Shown here piece by piece: positions 51,805 through 61,723 of a stretch of 64,000 nt of DNA. The stretch lies in NCBI GenBank assembly GCA_043798935.1, contig JAZDOC010000019.1, positions 74,322 to 138,321 of the forward strand. Reading direction: 5' to 3'. The stretch is from Patescibacteria group bacterium (GTDB lineage Bacteria > Patescibacteriota > Patescibacteriia > UBA9570 > JAHJKD01). A program made the translations under genes and the position numbers. How positions within the stretch are numbered: the first letter of the stretch is position 1; each line of letters begins with the position of its first letter. Under the pieces are notes generated by a model. The model saw nothing but the letters and a program-made list of their open reading frames with translations, had not been told where the DNA came from and did not search any database.

Positions 51805-52742
51805 ATCTTTTTACTATCGTGAATAAATTTTCTTTTTAATAAAATACGTTTTATATTATTAGGTTCAGATTTCAGACAATACATAAAAGTATTTAATTCG
51901 AATATCAAAACATAAATTAATTTAATAGATTCATAACCCAGAATAAAGGGCCAATCTAAAATTGTTTTTAAGGTAAATTCATTTTTCATTAGCACCCACC
52001 AGTGGTTACGATAACTCATGGCCTTAATTACTCTATTTTGCAAAGAACGATTTTTAAATGAACTCTTTTGAACAGATCTTTTGTGCCAAGCCATAGCCAT
52101 GGGTTCGTACCATATCTTCCATCCCGAAGTGTTTAAACGATAAGAAAGATCTATGTCTTCCTTATAGGCTACAAATTGTTCATCAAAATATTCATTTTCA
52201 AATTTAATACTTTCTAAAGCGTCGCGTTTCACTAAAAAAAGCGCTCCGGAAACGCCAAATATTTGCTGGTCTTTATTGTATTGGCTCAAATCTTTTTTAT
52301 TTTCGCCAATGTTTATATACTTTCGAAAAATATTTTTTTCTAAACCAACTCCGTCAAATATATCAGTTTTCTTAGTGTCAGTCAATCTATATACTTTTCC
52401 GGTCACAGCACCTATTTGAGGACTAACGCTTATTCGCTCGACTAATTTTGCAACACACTCTTTATGTAAGACAACATCGTCGTTTAGAATAAATATATAT
52501 TTACCGCTGGCCAAATTAATACCGATATTATTGCCTTTAGCAAACCAATAATTTTCTGAATTTTCTTTAATAATTGCCGTGGGACAAATTTGTTTGGCTA
52601 TCATAACGGTAGCATCTTGGGAAGCATTATCAACAATAATAATTTCTAGATTTTGATATGACTGAACTTTAATGGATTCAAGCACACCAGAAATATTTTC
52701 AGCGCTATTATAAGTTAAAATAACAATTGATACTTTTTCCAT
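51801..52742 (-). CDS. GT2 glycosyltransferase
   Basis: IVDNASQD, LNDD, YKEDIDL. Confidence 0.92.
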   Translation of the reverse strand: MEKVSIVILTYNSAENISGVLESIKVQSYQNLEIIIVDNASQDATVMIAKQICPTAIIKENSENYWFAKGNNIGINLASGKYIFILNDDVVLHKECVAKLVERISVSPQIGAVTGKVYRLTDTKKTDIFDGVGLEKNIFRKYINIGENKKDLSQYNKDQQIFGVSGALFLVKRDALESIKFENEYFDEQFVAYKEDIDLSYRLNTSGWKIWYEPMAMAWHKRSVQKSSFKNRSLQNRVIKAMSYRNHWWVLMKNEFTLKTILDWPFILGYESIKLIYVLIFELNTFMYCLKSEPNNIKRILLKRKFIHDSKKI

Positions 52743-52744
52743 TT

Positions 52745-54232
52745 TTATTTATCTAGTGAATAAAACTGACCAACTAATAATATCCAACCGATACCGAGCG
52801 GATGATTTAAATAAGGCGTTAAAAAATGAATTGCAATTAATGCGACAAGACCTAAAAGCGAACCAAAATAAATAAACTTCCAATCGATGTTATTTTCATT
52901 CATAGTATGTTTTAAACCACTAGAAAAGATTTTCCAGAGCAACAAAACATAAACAATAAATCCAATCAAGCCTAATTTCAACCATAAATCTAAATAGCCC
53001 CATTCAAAAGCATAAGTAGTATAATTCCCATCAAAATTAGATTTCATAGCCCGTGGATCTTGAGATTTATAAGTTACTGTGGTGCCAAAACCACCACCCA
53101 TAAACCAATTCTCAAAATTTTTAGTTAGAAGCGGCTTTAATAGCTCTATTCGAGAGGACCCAGCCGCTTCTTGAGTTGGATCTTTTGTGCGCTCACTAAT
53201 TAAACTCATGGCATTTACTTTGCTATTTCCAGGGAGAGGAAAATTTACAATTCCCAAGGCTAACCCATAATCAATAATAAATATTAAACCCACAACTAAT
53301 AATATTGTGGCAATTTTTTTATATTTAATTTTTAATAAAAACAACGCACTAAAACCATATACAACTAAAGATCCTAGCACTGCTACCCAAAAACTACGTG
53401 AATAACTCGTAAATATAATTAATATCGATAAACAAAAACCCAGATAAAAAAGCTTATTTTGTTTAATGTTTAATTCTTGTTTTTTATATAAAGTAATGGC
53501 TGACAATCCTAAAAAAAATATAAAAATAGAATATAAATGACTTTGAAAAAAGATCCGATAAAAATCGTTGTCCATTCTAACAATTTCACCAACTCCGCTT
53601 CGCCGCACCCATTGGTAAACACCGGCAACATAATAATAAAAAATATTTTGTTGCGAAAAAATAAATAGTAACAAAATAGTTTTAATAAAGCTGGTCAAAG
53701 TTGCCGCTAGCATTACCTGTAAGGAATTTAAAAATTTATTTTTATCATTTATAATCTGCGTGATTGGCAGAATTAACCCAAAAAATAAATATCCATTGGC
53801 ATCAAAAAAAATATTTTTTAATTCATTGTTTTTCGCGTAACCAATTATTACAGCCGTAATTAAAAAAAAGAATAATGCTAGATAATAATTTTTAAATTTA
53901 TTTTGAAAAAATAAAATCTTTCTTTGGCGAATAATCCAAATGAAATAAGCAACAAAAACTGCCAAAAACAAACCTAAACGCAGAGAAACGGAAAAATTAT
54001 TGATATTAAAAAACAATAAATAGCCTTTAGAGCCGATTACTAATTCAGCCAGTATTATATATATCCCCCACTCTAAATTTTTTAAAGACAATAAAAAACA
54101 AATGATTATTACAATCCCGAAAAATAATTGATTTAGAGTAATATTATCTAGCACTATCCAAGATAATAATTCAATAATTATAATTGCTAGAAATGTAATT
54201 TTAAATAAACGGCTAAAAAAAAGATTTTTCAT
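52745..54232 (-). CDS. O-antigen ligase/Wzy_C family membrane protein
   Basis: Multiple TM helices, SYSRSFW, GGGFG; inside a glycosyltransferase cluster. Confidence 0.8.
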   Translation of the reverse strand: MKNLFFSRLFKITFLAIIIIELLSWIVLDNITLNQLFFGIVIIICFLLSLKNLEWGIYIILAELVIGSKGYLLFFNINNFSVSLRLGLFLAVFVAYFIWIIRQRKILFFQNKFKNYYLALFFFLITAVIIGYAKNNELKNIFFDANGYLFFGLILPITQIINDKNKFLNSLQVMLAATLTSFIKTILLLFIFSQQNIFYYYVAGVYQWVRRSGVGEIVRMDNDFYRIFFQSHLYSIFIFFLGLSAITLYKKQELNIKQNKLFYLGFCLSILIIFTSYSRSFWVAVLGSLVVYGFSALFLLKIKYKKIATILLVVGLIFIIDYGLALGIVNFPLPGNSKVNAMSLISERTKDPTQEAAGSSRIELLKPLLTKNFENWFMGGGFGTTVTYKSQDPRAMKSNFDGNYTTYAFEWGYLDLWLKLGLIGFIVYVLLLWKIFSSGLKHTMNENNIDWKFIYFGSLLGLVALIAIHFLTPYLNHPLGIGWILLVGQFYSLDK

Positions 54233-55092
54233 TTATGTTTATAATTTTTCAAAACACGCGCAAAAATTAAACTAATCGCTTGTGCGCTACTGATAATCAG
54301 ATAGCTGAATAAATTATGTTGCTTCTTAAAAAAGTATCGCATACTACGCATAAACATCATCTGTTTTTCGAAAGTAAGAATTTGTGAAAAACTAACCGCT
54401 TTTACATGGTGGCAACTAACAAGCGGTGTATAATAAATTTTGTATCCAGCTTGGCGCATTCTAATTTGTAAATCTACTTCTTCAAACCAAATAAAAAAAT
54501 TTTCATCAAAATTACCAACATGTTCTAAAACAGATCGCGTCGTAAGCATAAATGCACCCATTACCTGCTCTACCATTTGCTCTTTAGAATAATTAAAACT
54601 ATGCTGTTCATAATTTTTAAGCAAACTCGGCCACAAATGATGTAATTTGGATATTATAATAAGTTGGTTGATTAAATTAGGATCACGCCTGACGCTTAAT
54701 TGCAAACTACCATCGGAGTTTAATAATTTACACGCTAAAATGCCTATTTTATTATCGTGCCGATTAAGCATTTTGAATTCGTTTAATAGTATAAAAAAAA
54801 TATTTCCAAATATTTCTGTATCATCATTTAAAAATAAAATATATTTTCCCTGGACTTTTTTCAGTGCCTGGTTGTTTGCTTTGGCAAAACCCAAATTTTT
54901 TTTATTGTTAATAACTTTTACTTGGGGAAAATCTTTTTCAATCATGTTCAAACTGCCATCATTAGAGGCATTATCAACCACTAAAACTTCGAATTTGAAG
55001 TTTTTTAAATTTGTGAATACAAAAATTGATTTTAAACACTTAAATAAGTACTTTTTAGCATTCCAAGAAACGATGACAATTGATAAATCCAT
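54229..55092 (-). CDS. GT2 glycosyltransferase
   Basis: SIVIVSWN, VVDNASND, GFAKANN, FEEVDL. Confidence 0.92.
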   Translation of the reverse strand: MDLSIVIVSWNAKKYLFKCLKSIFVFTNLKNFKFEVLVVDNASNDGSLNMIEKDFPQVKVINNKKNLGFAKANNQALKKVQGKYILFLNDDTEIFGNIFFILLNEFKMLNRHDNKIGILACKLLNSDGSLQLSVRRDPNLINQLIIISKLHHLWPSLLKNYEQHSFNYSKEQMVEQVMGAFMLTTRSVLEHVGNFDENFFIWFEEVDLQIRMRQAGYKIYYTPLVSCHHVKAVSFSQILTFEKQMMFMRSMRYFFKKQHNLFSYLIISSAQAISLIFARVLKNYKHK

Positions 55093-55167
55093 ATGTATAA
55101 AATACCAAAAAAATCAAAAAAAATCAATCCTTTTTGGATTAACACTTTTAACTTCGCAAAACAACAA

Positions 55168-56241
55168 TTATAATAAAATATTTTGTAATTGCTGGGCTTT
55201 AGCTTTCAAATTAAATTCCTGATCAACTCTAATTTTACCTTGATAGCCCATTTTATGCGCCATGTCTTTATTAGTGATCAAGCGCACAACAGCCTGGCAG
55301 ATCATAGAGGTGTTTTCCGGCTCGACTAGAAAACCAGTATATCCATCGACGACGGCATCGGTTACTCCGCCGCTCTGACCACCGATTACCGGCTTTTCAA
55401 ACGAATTGGCTTCTAAATAAACAATGCCAAAGCCTTCTACATCACGATTAGGCATTTCGCGTGGCACCATAATAAAAACATCAGCTATAGCATAATAACT
55501 AGCGGTTTTTTGATCTGATAATTCTCCGGTAAAAATAACTTGTTTATCCAAATTAAGTTTTGAAACAAGTTTTTTTAATTGATTTTTGTAATTACCGTCA
55601 CCAACGATAATATATTGTAAATTTGGAATTTCTTTTAATATTTCGGGCAAAGCTTTAATAACCATATCATGGCCTTTTCGCTGAACTAACCGCCCCACAG
55701 TAAGTAGTACGGGCTTATGCTTTTTACAACACTCTTTAATTGCTTCCGGATATTTGCTGGGTACAATATTTGGGACCGGAAAAATAATCTCAATTTTCCT
55801 TTGATATCGACTACTAATTAATTTTAAAATTTCAAATTTAGTGTATGTTGAAATGGTAATTATTTTTTTAGCTTCAACTAGTATTTTCTTCATTAGCCAT
55901 TGTTTACGACGGTACTGCTTAACATAAGTTACTTCCATGGCCATAATGAAAACCACATAAGGAATTTTTAACCATTTTGATAAAAGCCAAACCACTGTTC
56001 CAAGCGGTAGAATTTGGCCGACCATAATTATTTCGATATCATTTTCTTTAACAAATTTTTTGATAGTAAAAAAACTTTTAATCCATCCTAAAAAAGGTAT
56101 CCGCCAAAGTAATTTATTTTTTTCATTGGTTAAAACTAAAATTTTTTCTGCCGGCAAATTATTAACTAAATTACTATAATAATGAGCCACACCCCCTATT
56201 TGCGGTGGATATTCTAGTGTCACTAATAAACTTTTTTTCAT
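55168..56241 (-). CDS. GT4 glycosyltransferase (PimB-like)
   Basis: EYPPQIGG, GRLVQRKG, EGFGIVYLEA. Confidence 0.92.
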   Translation of the reverse strand: MKKSLLVTLEYPPQIGGVAHYYSNLVNNLPAEKILVLTNEKNKLLWRIPFLGWIKSFFTIKKFVKENDIEIIMVGQILPLGTVVWLLSKWLKIPYVVFIMAMEVTYVKQYRRKQWLMKKILVEAKKIITISTYTKFEILKLISSRYQRKIEIIFPVPNIVPSKYPEAIKECCKKHKPVLLTVGRLVQRKGHDMVIKALPEILKEIPNLQYIIVGDGNYKNQLKKLVSKLNLDKQVIFTGELSDQKTASYYAIADVFIMVPREMPNRDVEGFGIVYLEANSFEKPVIGGQSGGVTDAVVDGYTGFLVEPENTSMICQAVVRLITNKDMAHKMGYQGKIRVDQEFNLKAKAQQLQNILL

Positions 56242-57732
56242 TTATTTATTTTTTACGGCCTGAATAAAAGATTTAAACTCGCTTTTAGTTAATCCGCGTG
56301 TAATAAAAAGAAAAGTGCCATAAACTAAAATACCAGTAATAATTAATAAAATCAATTGTAAGCTTGAACTTAGGATATTGTATTTTTCTAAATATATTCT
56401 TAACCCATAGACCGATACACCCATTATTAAACTAGCCGTAAAAATACTTAAAAAACGTTTAATTAAATAACGATAATCAAATTTGATCATTTTGTAAACC
56501 CACGGCAAACCTAAACATACTAGTACAGTAGAGCTAGATAAAGCACTGATACAAGCGCCGACGATATTGTAATAGCGGATTAAAAAATAATTTAATGTAA
56601 TATTAATAATCAAAGCTATGCCGGTGTTAATAGTATTTAAAACTTGCTTATTGGCCGCGTTTAAAAAATTACCTACTGGATAATTTAAAAAAATAAATAA
56701 TAATGCCACAATATAAATTCTTAAAGGTGTAATAGATTCAGTAAAAGATTCGCTCCAAACAGTTAGAATAATTTTATCGGCCAAAACTAATACTCCGGCC
56801 ATTATCGGTAAACTAAGAAGCATCATATACGATATTCCGTTTTCAAAAATGGTTTTAACTTTTGAAATATCGCGTTTAATATAATAACTAATTGATGGGA
56901 AATAACTGCTTGCAAAAGCACCCGATAACACAGTTAACGCTAATGTTAATTTAAACGCCAAGGCATACAAACCAGCATAATGATTTCCATCCTTTAAAAT
57001 ATATTTTAACATCAACATATCAACAGTACCGTTTAAACGTACAAAAATTCCAGCTACGGCAAATGGCGCAGCAATAATAAAAATCTTTTTAAAATCAATA
57101 TAATTATATGCCCCCTTAATAATGATGTTTGTTTTCTTTTTAATTAAAATTAAAAAATACACAAAGCTAAAAGAACTGCCCAAAAAAAGTACTACTAATA
57201 AAAAGAAAACTGATTGTGTGTATATCAAACCATACAAGCCCACACAAAAAATAATACCTTGATAAATTAATACATTAATTGCTTCGTATTGTAAATTTTT
57301 TAAGGCTCGAAACACGCAAAAAAAAGTAAATATCAGTGTGTCTAATAGAATTACAAATGTTCCAATATAAATTAAAAACAAGTCTTCGTTGGTATAATTC
57401 TCAGGTTTAAAATAATGCAAAAGATTTGCTACTGTTACTAAGCCTACTATGGTTGAAATAATTAACACTATTTTTAAGCCTAAAATTTTACTAAATAAAT
57501 TTGGGAGATTCTCTTCTTCTTTAGCCGCTTCGCGGGTAAGCACTGGCCCTAAACCAAAATCCATGAAAACAATAAAAATGCCGGTGAAACTTAACACGGC
57601 CTGATATTGCCCTAAAGCATCGGTACCTAAAATTTTAGCTAAAAATGCAAAGTAGATGAATGACAATGCTTTTTGAAAAATAGACGCAATTGTTAGATAT
57701 GTTGTATTCTGCGTTATTTTTGAAGATTCCAT
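56242..57732 (-). CDS. Wzx-type oligosaccharide flippase
   Basis: About 14 TM helices, DFGLG, AGLYALA; first gene of the glycan cluster. Confidence 0.88.
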   Translation of the reverse strand: MESSKITQNTTYLTIASIFQKALSFIYFAFLAKILGTDALGQYQAVLSFTGIFIVFMDFGLGPVLTREAAKEEENLPNLFSKILGLKIVLIISTIVGLVTVANLLHYFKPENYTNEDLFLIYIGTFVILLDTLIFTFFCVFRALKNLQYEAINVLIYQGIIFCVGLYGLIYTQSVFFLLVVLFLGSSFSFVYFLILIKKKTNIIIKGAYNYIDFKKIFIIAAPFAVAGIFVRLNGTVDMLMLKYILKDGNHYAGLYALAFKLTLALTVLSGAFASSYFPSISYYIKRDISKVKTIFENGISYMMLLSLPIMAGVLVLADKIILTVWSESFTESITPLRIYIVALLFIFLNYPVGNFLNAANKQVLNTINTGIALIINITLNYFLIRYYNIVGACISALSSSTVLVCLGLPWVYKMIKFDYRYLIKRFLSIFTASLIMGVSVYGLRIYLEKYNILSSSLQLILLIITGILVYGTFLFITRGLTKSEFKSFIQAVKNK

Positions 57733-57772
57733 AAAAAAATAAATCCCTCTTTATAAAAATATAAAAGGGGAT
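57733..57772 (-). terminator. Intrinsic terminator after rpsI
   Basis: Minus strand ATCCCCTTTTATA...TATAAAGAGGGAT followed by a T-rich tract. Confidence 0.75.
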
Positions 57773-57777
57773 GTTTT

Positions 57778-58185
57778 TTAACGTTTAGACCACTGTGGAG
57801 CGCGACGAGCACGTCTTAAGCCCGGTTTCTTTCTTTCTTTTTTACGCGAATCTCTTTTAAGTAATCCTTGTTTTTTTAAATCAATTTTTAATTCTTCATT
57901 AAATATAACAAGGGCTCTGGCTAAAGCCAAAGAGACACTATCGGCCTGAGCACTTTTACCACCACCGGAGGTTTTTATTGTAGCTGAAACCTGAATTGCT
58001 AAATTAGTAAGTTTTAAAGGTTTAACAGCGCGATTAGATAGTTCGGTTGTTGAAAAATATGTTTTAATATCTTTATCATTAACCAAGATTTTTCCATCGC
58101 CTTGAGTAAATAATCGTACGCGACTAATAGCTGTTTTTCTTCTACCGACAGTAGCAATATAAGATTTTTTTATAATTTTAGCCAT
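57778..58185 (-). CDS. rpsI: 30S ribosomal protein S9
   Basis: GRRKTA, ERKKPGL, PQWSKR. Confidence 0.98.
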   Translation of the reverse strand: MAKIIKKSYIATVGRRKTAISRVRLFTQGDGKILVNDKDIKTYFSTTELSNRAVKPLKLTNLAIQVSATIKTSGGGKSAQADSVSLALARALVIFNEELKIDLKKQGLLKRDSRKKERKKPGLRRARRAPQWSKR

Positions 58186-58186
58186 A

Positions 58187-58519
58187 TTATTGGATAGTTA
58201 ATCTTTTCAAATATTCTTTTCTTAATTTATTCTTTGGCAACATATTATATAAAGCTTTTTTTAATAACTCTTTTCGAGGCATGTCTATTACTTTCTTTGT
58301 TTTTATACCACCTGGATATCCAGAATATCGATAATAAACTTTGTCGGCCTCTTTCTTTCCAGTAAGTTTTAATTTATCAATATTGATTACTTTGACTTTA
58401 TCGCCGGTAATTTTATTAGGTTGATAATCGGCTTTATTTTTACCCATTAAAACAACCGCTACTTGAGATGCGATTCTTCCTAATGCGATATCGGTTGCGT
58501 CGATGATTATTTCTTTCAT
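58187..58519 (-). CDS. rplM: 50S ribosomal protein L13 (short form)
   Basis: IDA...LGRIAS, YSGYPGG, MLPKNKL. Confidence 0.96.
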   Translation of the reverse strand: MKEIIIDATDIALGRIASQVAVVLMGKNKADYQPNKITGDKVKVINIDKLKLTGKKEADKVYYRYSGYPGGIKTKKVIDMPRKELLKKALYNMLPKNKLRKEYLKRLTIQ

Positions 58520-58521
58520 AA

Positions 58522-58872
58522 TTATAATATTTCAATTTGAGTTAATGATGCACCGTCACCTTTGCGCACACCAAGTTTAGTTAAGCGAGTATAACCGCCC
58601 TGTCGATCTTTAAATTGGGGTGCAATTTTAGAAACTAACTCACGCACGGCTTTTTCATAGCCCAAATCTTTCATTAGTTCACGTTCGCTTGCTAGGGTGC
58701 CTTTTTTAGCTTTAGTAATCATTTTTTCAACTACTTGGCGTAATACTTTTGCTTTAGCCTCGGTAGTTTTGATTTTTTTGGATAATATTAAGCTAATAGC
58801 CTGAGTTTTAATAAGTGCTCGACGTGGGCCTTGCTTTCTGTCTAAAATGACTGTTTTTTTTCTGTGTCTCAT
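58522..58872 (-). CDS. rplQ: 50S ribosomal protein L17
   Basis: MRHRK, TTEAKAK, GGYTR, RKGDGA. Confidence 0.98.
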   Translation of the reverse strand: MRHRKKTVILDRKQGPRRALIKTQAISLILSKKIKTTEAKAKVLRQVVEKMITKAKKGTLASERELMKDLGYEKAVRELVSKIAPQFKDRQGGYTRLTKLGVRKGDGASLTQIEIL

Positions 58873-58875
58873 ATT

Positions 58876-59595
58876 TTATTTTTTACCTTTACTTTCTTTT
58901 TCTTCACTGACAGTGAATGCATCCCCTACTAAAGAAAAATGATCGACTAAAATTTTAGCTGCTTCACTTACGGCTGCTTGCGGGGTAATTGTACCGTCGG
59001 TTTTTATATCTAAAATTAATTTATCATAGTTTGTCATTTGTTCAACACGGACATGTTCAATATGATAATTAACATTTTTTATCGGAGTATATATAGCATC
59101 AATAGCAATATATCCAACTTCCATTTTTTCTTTTTCACGAGCTTCAACTGGTACATAGCCACGACCTTTTTGAACTGTTATTTTCATTTCTAAGGTAGCA
59201 TCTTTGGCAGTTATGGTTGCTATTTTCTGATCAGTGTTTACAATTTCCACTTGTGAATTTTTAGTGAAATCACCAGCAGTAATTATTTTTGCGCCTTTAA
59301 CTTTTAATTCAATTTCTACTGGTTCATCGCTATAAACTTTGAATCGTAACTGTTTAATATTTAAGATAATCTCGATAACATCTTCTTTTACGCCATTAAT
59401 AGTTGAAAATTCATGATCAACTCCTTTTATTTTAACAGCCGTGGCCGCAGCACCAGGTAAAGATGATAATAAAACTCTTCTTAGTGCATTGCCTAAAGTG
59501 GTACCATAACCAGGGTAACAAGATGAAATGGTAACCTCGCTGTGATTAGTTTCCAGCTCTTTGGACTTAATTTGCGCGGGTAATTTAATTTCCAT
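58876..59595 (-). CDS. rpoA: RNA polymerase alpha subunit, N-terminal domain only
   Basis: GYGTTLGNALRRVLLSS, HEFSTI.GVKED, GRGYVP, IDAIYTP; 239 aa. Confidence 0.97.
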   Translation of the reverse strand: MEIKLPAQIKSKELETNHSEVTISSCYPGYGTTLGNALRRVLLSSLPGAAATAVKIKGVDHEFSTINGVKEDVIEIILNIKQLRFKVYSDEPVEIELKVKGAKIITAGDFTKNSQVEIVNTDQKIATITAKDATLEMKITVQKGRGYVPVEAREKEKMEVGYIAIDAIYTPIKNVNYHIEHVRVEQMTNYDKLILDIKTDGTITPQAAVSEAAKILVDHFSLVGDAFTVSEEKESKGKK

Positions 59596-59625
59596 ATTTT
59601 TATAAATTTATCAATATTTATTTTA

Positions 59626-60255
59626 TTATCGAGAATAATACTCAATGATAAGACTCATTGAAATAGTTTTGTGAAGTTCAGCAATATTAGGTTCACCTTT
59701 GATAACAATTTGCAAATTAGTTTTATCGACTTGGATCCATTCCGGAATTTCAACTTTTTCGATCGTTTTTAAAATTTCCTGCCAATGACTCTTTTTAATG
59801 AAGCTTTCTTTAACAGCTACTTTATCACTTTTTTTAATCTGACATGATGGAATATTGCATCGTCGACCATTAACTAAAATATGGCCGTGATTTACTAATT
59901 GACGAGCTAAACGCCTAGAGCTAGCCAGACCGGCGCGATAGACAATAGTATCTAAACGATGTTCCAATAAATTAAAAAAGTTGTCAGCTGTGTTACCGGC
60001 TTTTTTTGTAGCGGTTACATAGTAATTACTAAATTGTTTTTCTAATAATCCGTATAATTTTTTAGCTTTTTGTTTTTCACGCAATTGGATACCGTAACCA
60101 GATAATCTTGGTTTACCTTTACTACCATGCATGCCAGGAACAAAATTTCTTTTAATCATGGCACATTTGGAAGTATTACATCGTTCACCTTTAAGAAATA
60201 ATTTTTCTCCTTCGCGACGACATTGTTTACATTGTGGTGATAAGTTTCTACCCAT
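59626..60255 (-). CDS. rpsD: 30S ribosomal protein S4
   Basis: CKQCRREG, QLREKQK, ARQLVNHGH, IEYYSR. Confidence 0.98.
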   Translation of the reverse strand: MGRNLSPQCKQCRREGEKLFLKGERCNTSKCAMIKRNFVPGMHGSKGKPRLSGYGIQLREKQKAKKLYGLLEKQFSNYYVTATKKAGNTADNFFNLLEHRLDTIVYRAGLASSRRLARQLVNHGHILVNGRRCNIPSCQIKKSDKVAVKESFIKKSHWQEILKTIEKVEIPEWIQVDKTNLQIVIKGEPNIAELHKTISMSLIIEYYSR

Positions 60256-60284
60256 ATTTGAAAGTTAATAATTGATAATAAAAA

Positions 60285-60692
60285 TTAAACGCGTCGTGGT
60301 TTTTTTGCTCGACAACCGTTATGCGGGATTGGCGTAATATCGTTAATACCGGTAATTGCTAAACCAGAAGCTGTTAATCCGCGCAAAGCACCATCACGAC
60401 CGCTACCAATTCCTTTGACATAAACTTCAACATCTTTTAAACCCATTTCTTTTACTTCTTCGACTAATTTTTTAATAATTGTACCAGCGGCATAAGGCGT
60501 GGCTTTTTTAGGACCTTTAAAACCCATCCGACCGGCACTGTTCTGAGCAATAACTCCGCCATTTTGATCGGTAAAACTAATGATTGTGTTGTTATATGTA
60601 GCTAATACATAAACTCGCCCTTGAGTGACAACCTTTCGTTTTTTCTTTTTCTTTTTAACGATTTTTTTACTTGACTTTGCAACTTCTGCCAT
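60285..60692 (-). CDS. rpsK: 30S ribosomal protein S11
   Basis: TYNNTI, TPYAA, TPIPHNGCR. Confidence 0.98.
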   Translation of the reverse strand: MAEVAKSSKKIVKKKKKKRKVVTQGRVYVLATYNNTIISFTDQNGGVIAQNSAGRMGFKGPKKATPYAAGTIIKKLVEEVKEMGLKDVEVYVKGIGSGRDGALRGLTASGLAITGINDITPIPHNGCRAKKPRRV

Positions 60693-60734
60693 ATTTTTTT
60701 AAATTCTAAATTAATATTTGATAAATAAATTCTA

Positions 60735-61127
60735 TTATGTTTTTTGCGCTGAAACTTTTCGACCTGAACCCATAGTAACTCTTTTATTACCACGGACAGT
60801 TCGATTATTTGTTTTTGTGCGTTGGCCACGAACTGGTAAACTTTTACTATGGCGCGAACCACGGTAGCAACCAATCTCTTTTAAACGTTTAATATTGGCT
60901 AGAACTTCTCTTTTTAATTCACCTTCAATTTTCATGTTTTTCTCGATTGATTGACGAAGTAAATTAACTTCTTCAGCTGAAAGATCTTTGGTTCGAGTAT
61001 CGGATTTGATTTTAGTTTGCTTTAATATTTTTTTTGCGGTTGTGGCGCCAATACCATAAATGTAGGTTAAGGCCACTTCTATTCTTTTTTCATTCGGTAA
61101 AGTTACACCGGCTATTCTTGCTGCCAT
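60735..61127 (-). CDS. rpsM: 30S ribosomal protein S13
   Basis: [25 protein letters not shown]. Confidence 0.98.
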   Translation of the reverse strand: MAARIAGVTLPNEKRIEVALTYIYGIGATTAKKILKQTKIKSDTRTKDLSAEEVNLLRQSIEKNMKIEGELKREVLANIKRLKEIGCYRGSRHSKSLPVRGQRTKTNNRTVRGNKRVTMGSGRKVSAQKT

Positions 61128-61213
61128 ATTTATTTAATTTTCAATTTTTAATTTTAGTTGAATTATAATTTAAAACTATGTTAAACAATATATTTAACAT
61201 TTATTTAATTGGG

Positions 61214-61327
61214 TTATCCCTGTCTTTGCTTGTGACGAGGATTTTTACAAATTACTACCACTCGACCTTTGCGACGAGTAGTATGGCAATCTTTACAAAT
61301 TTTTTTGGCTGATGCTTTTACTTTCAT
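61214..61327 (-). CDS. rpmJ: 50S ribosomal protein L36
   Basis: Too short for the ORF track; hand translation [37 protein letters not shown]. Confidence 0.97.
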   Translation of the reverse strand: MKVKASAKKICKDCHTTRRKGRVVVICKNPRHKQRQG

Positions 61328-61330
61328 AAG

Positions 61331-61561
61331 TTATTTTCGATAAATAATTCTTCCTTTGGTTAAATCGTAAGGGCTCATTTCTATAATTACTTTATCTCCG
61401 GCTAATATACGGATTCTGTGCATTCGCATGCGCCCGGATAAATGCGCTAAAATTTCTTGTTTATTTTCTAAGGTTACCTTAAAACAAGCATTAGGTAATA
61501 GTTCATCAACTACTCCTTCAATTTCAATAAACCCTTTTTTATTAGTTTTGATTTCAGACAT
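61331..61561 (-). CDS. infA: Translation initiation factor IF-1
   Basis: [24 protein letters not shown]. Confidence 0.98.
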   Translation of the reverse strand: MSEIKTNKKGFIEIEGVVDELLPNACFKVTLENKQEILAHLSGRMRMHRIRILAGDKVIIEMSPYDLTKGRIIYRK

Positions 61562-61661
61562 TAAAAAATGGATTCTATGCTTAATTAACGCTAGAATCTT
61601 AATTTTCTTTATATTATTTTCAAATTCCAGCCAAATTCGTGTATTTCTAGCAACGCAAATT

Positions 61662-61689
61662 ATTATAACAGATTTTTATATACAGTCAA
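61662..61689 (-). promoter_or_regulatory. Promoter of the infA-alpha operon
   Basis: TTGACT-16 nt-TATAAT with TGn extension. Confidence 0.65.
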
Positions 61690-61723
61690 ATATAATTTGT
61701 GTTTGCTTGTGGATAAATAATGA

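Noticed and set aside
58187-58519. Short L13 as a pseudogene
   Set aside because: Core motifs are intact and the gene is tightly packed in its operon; consistent with streamlining
61176-61203. XerD-arm-like ATGTTAAA...TTTAACAT between rpmJ and rpsM
   Set aside because: Arms face the wrong way for an 11-6-11 site; more likely a weak AT-rich hairpin
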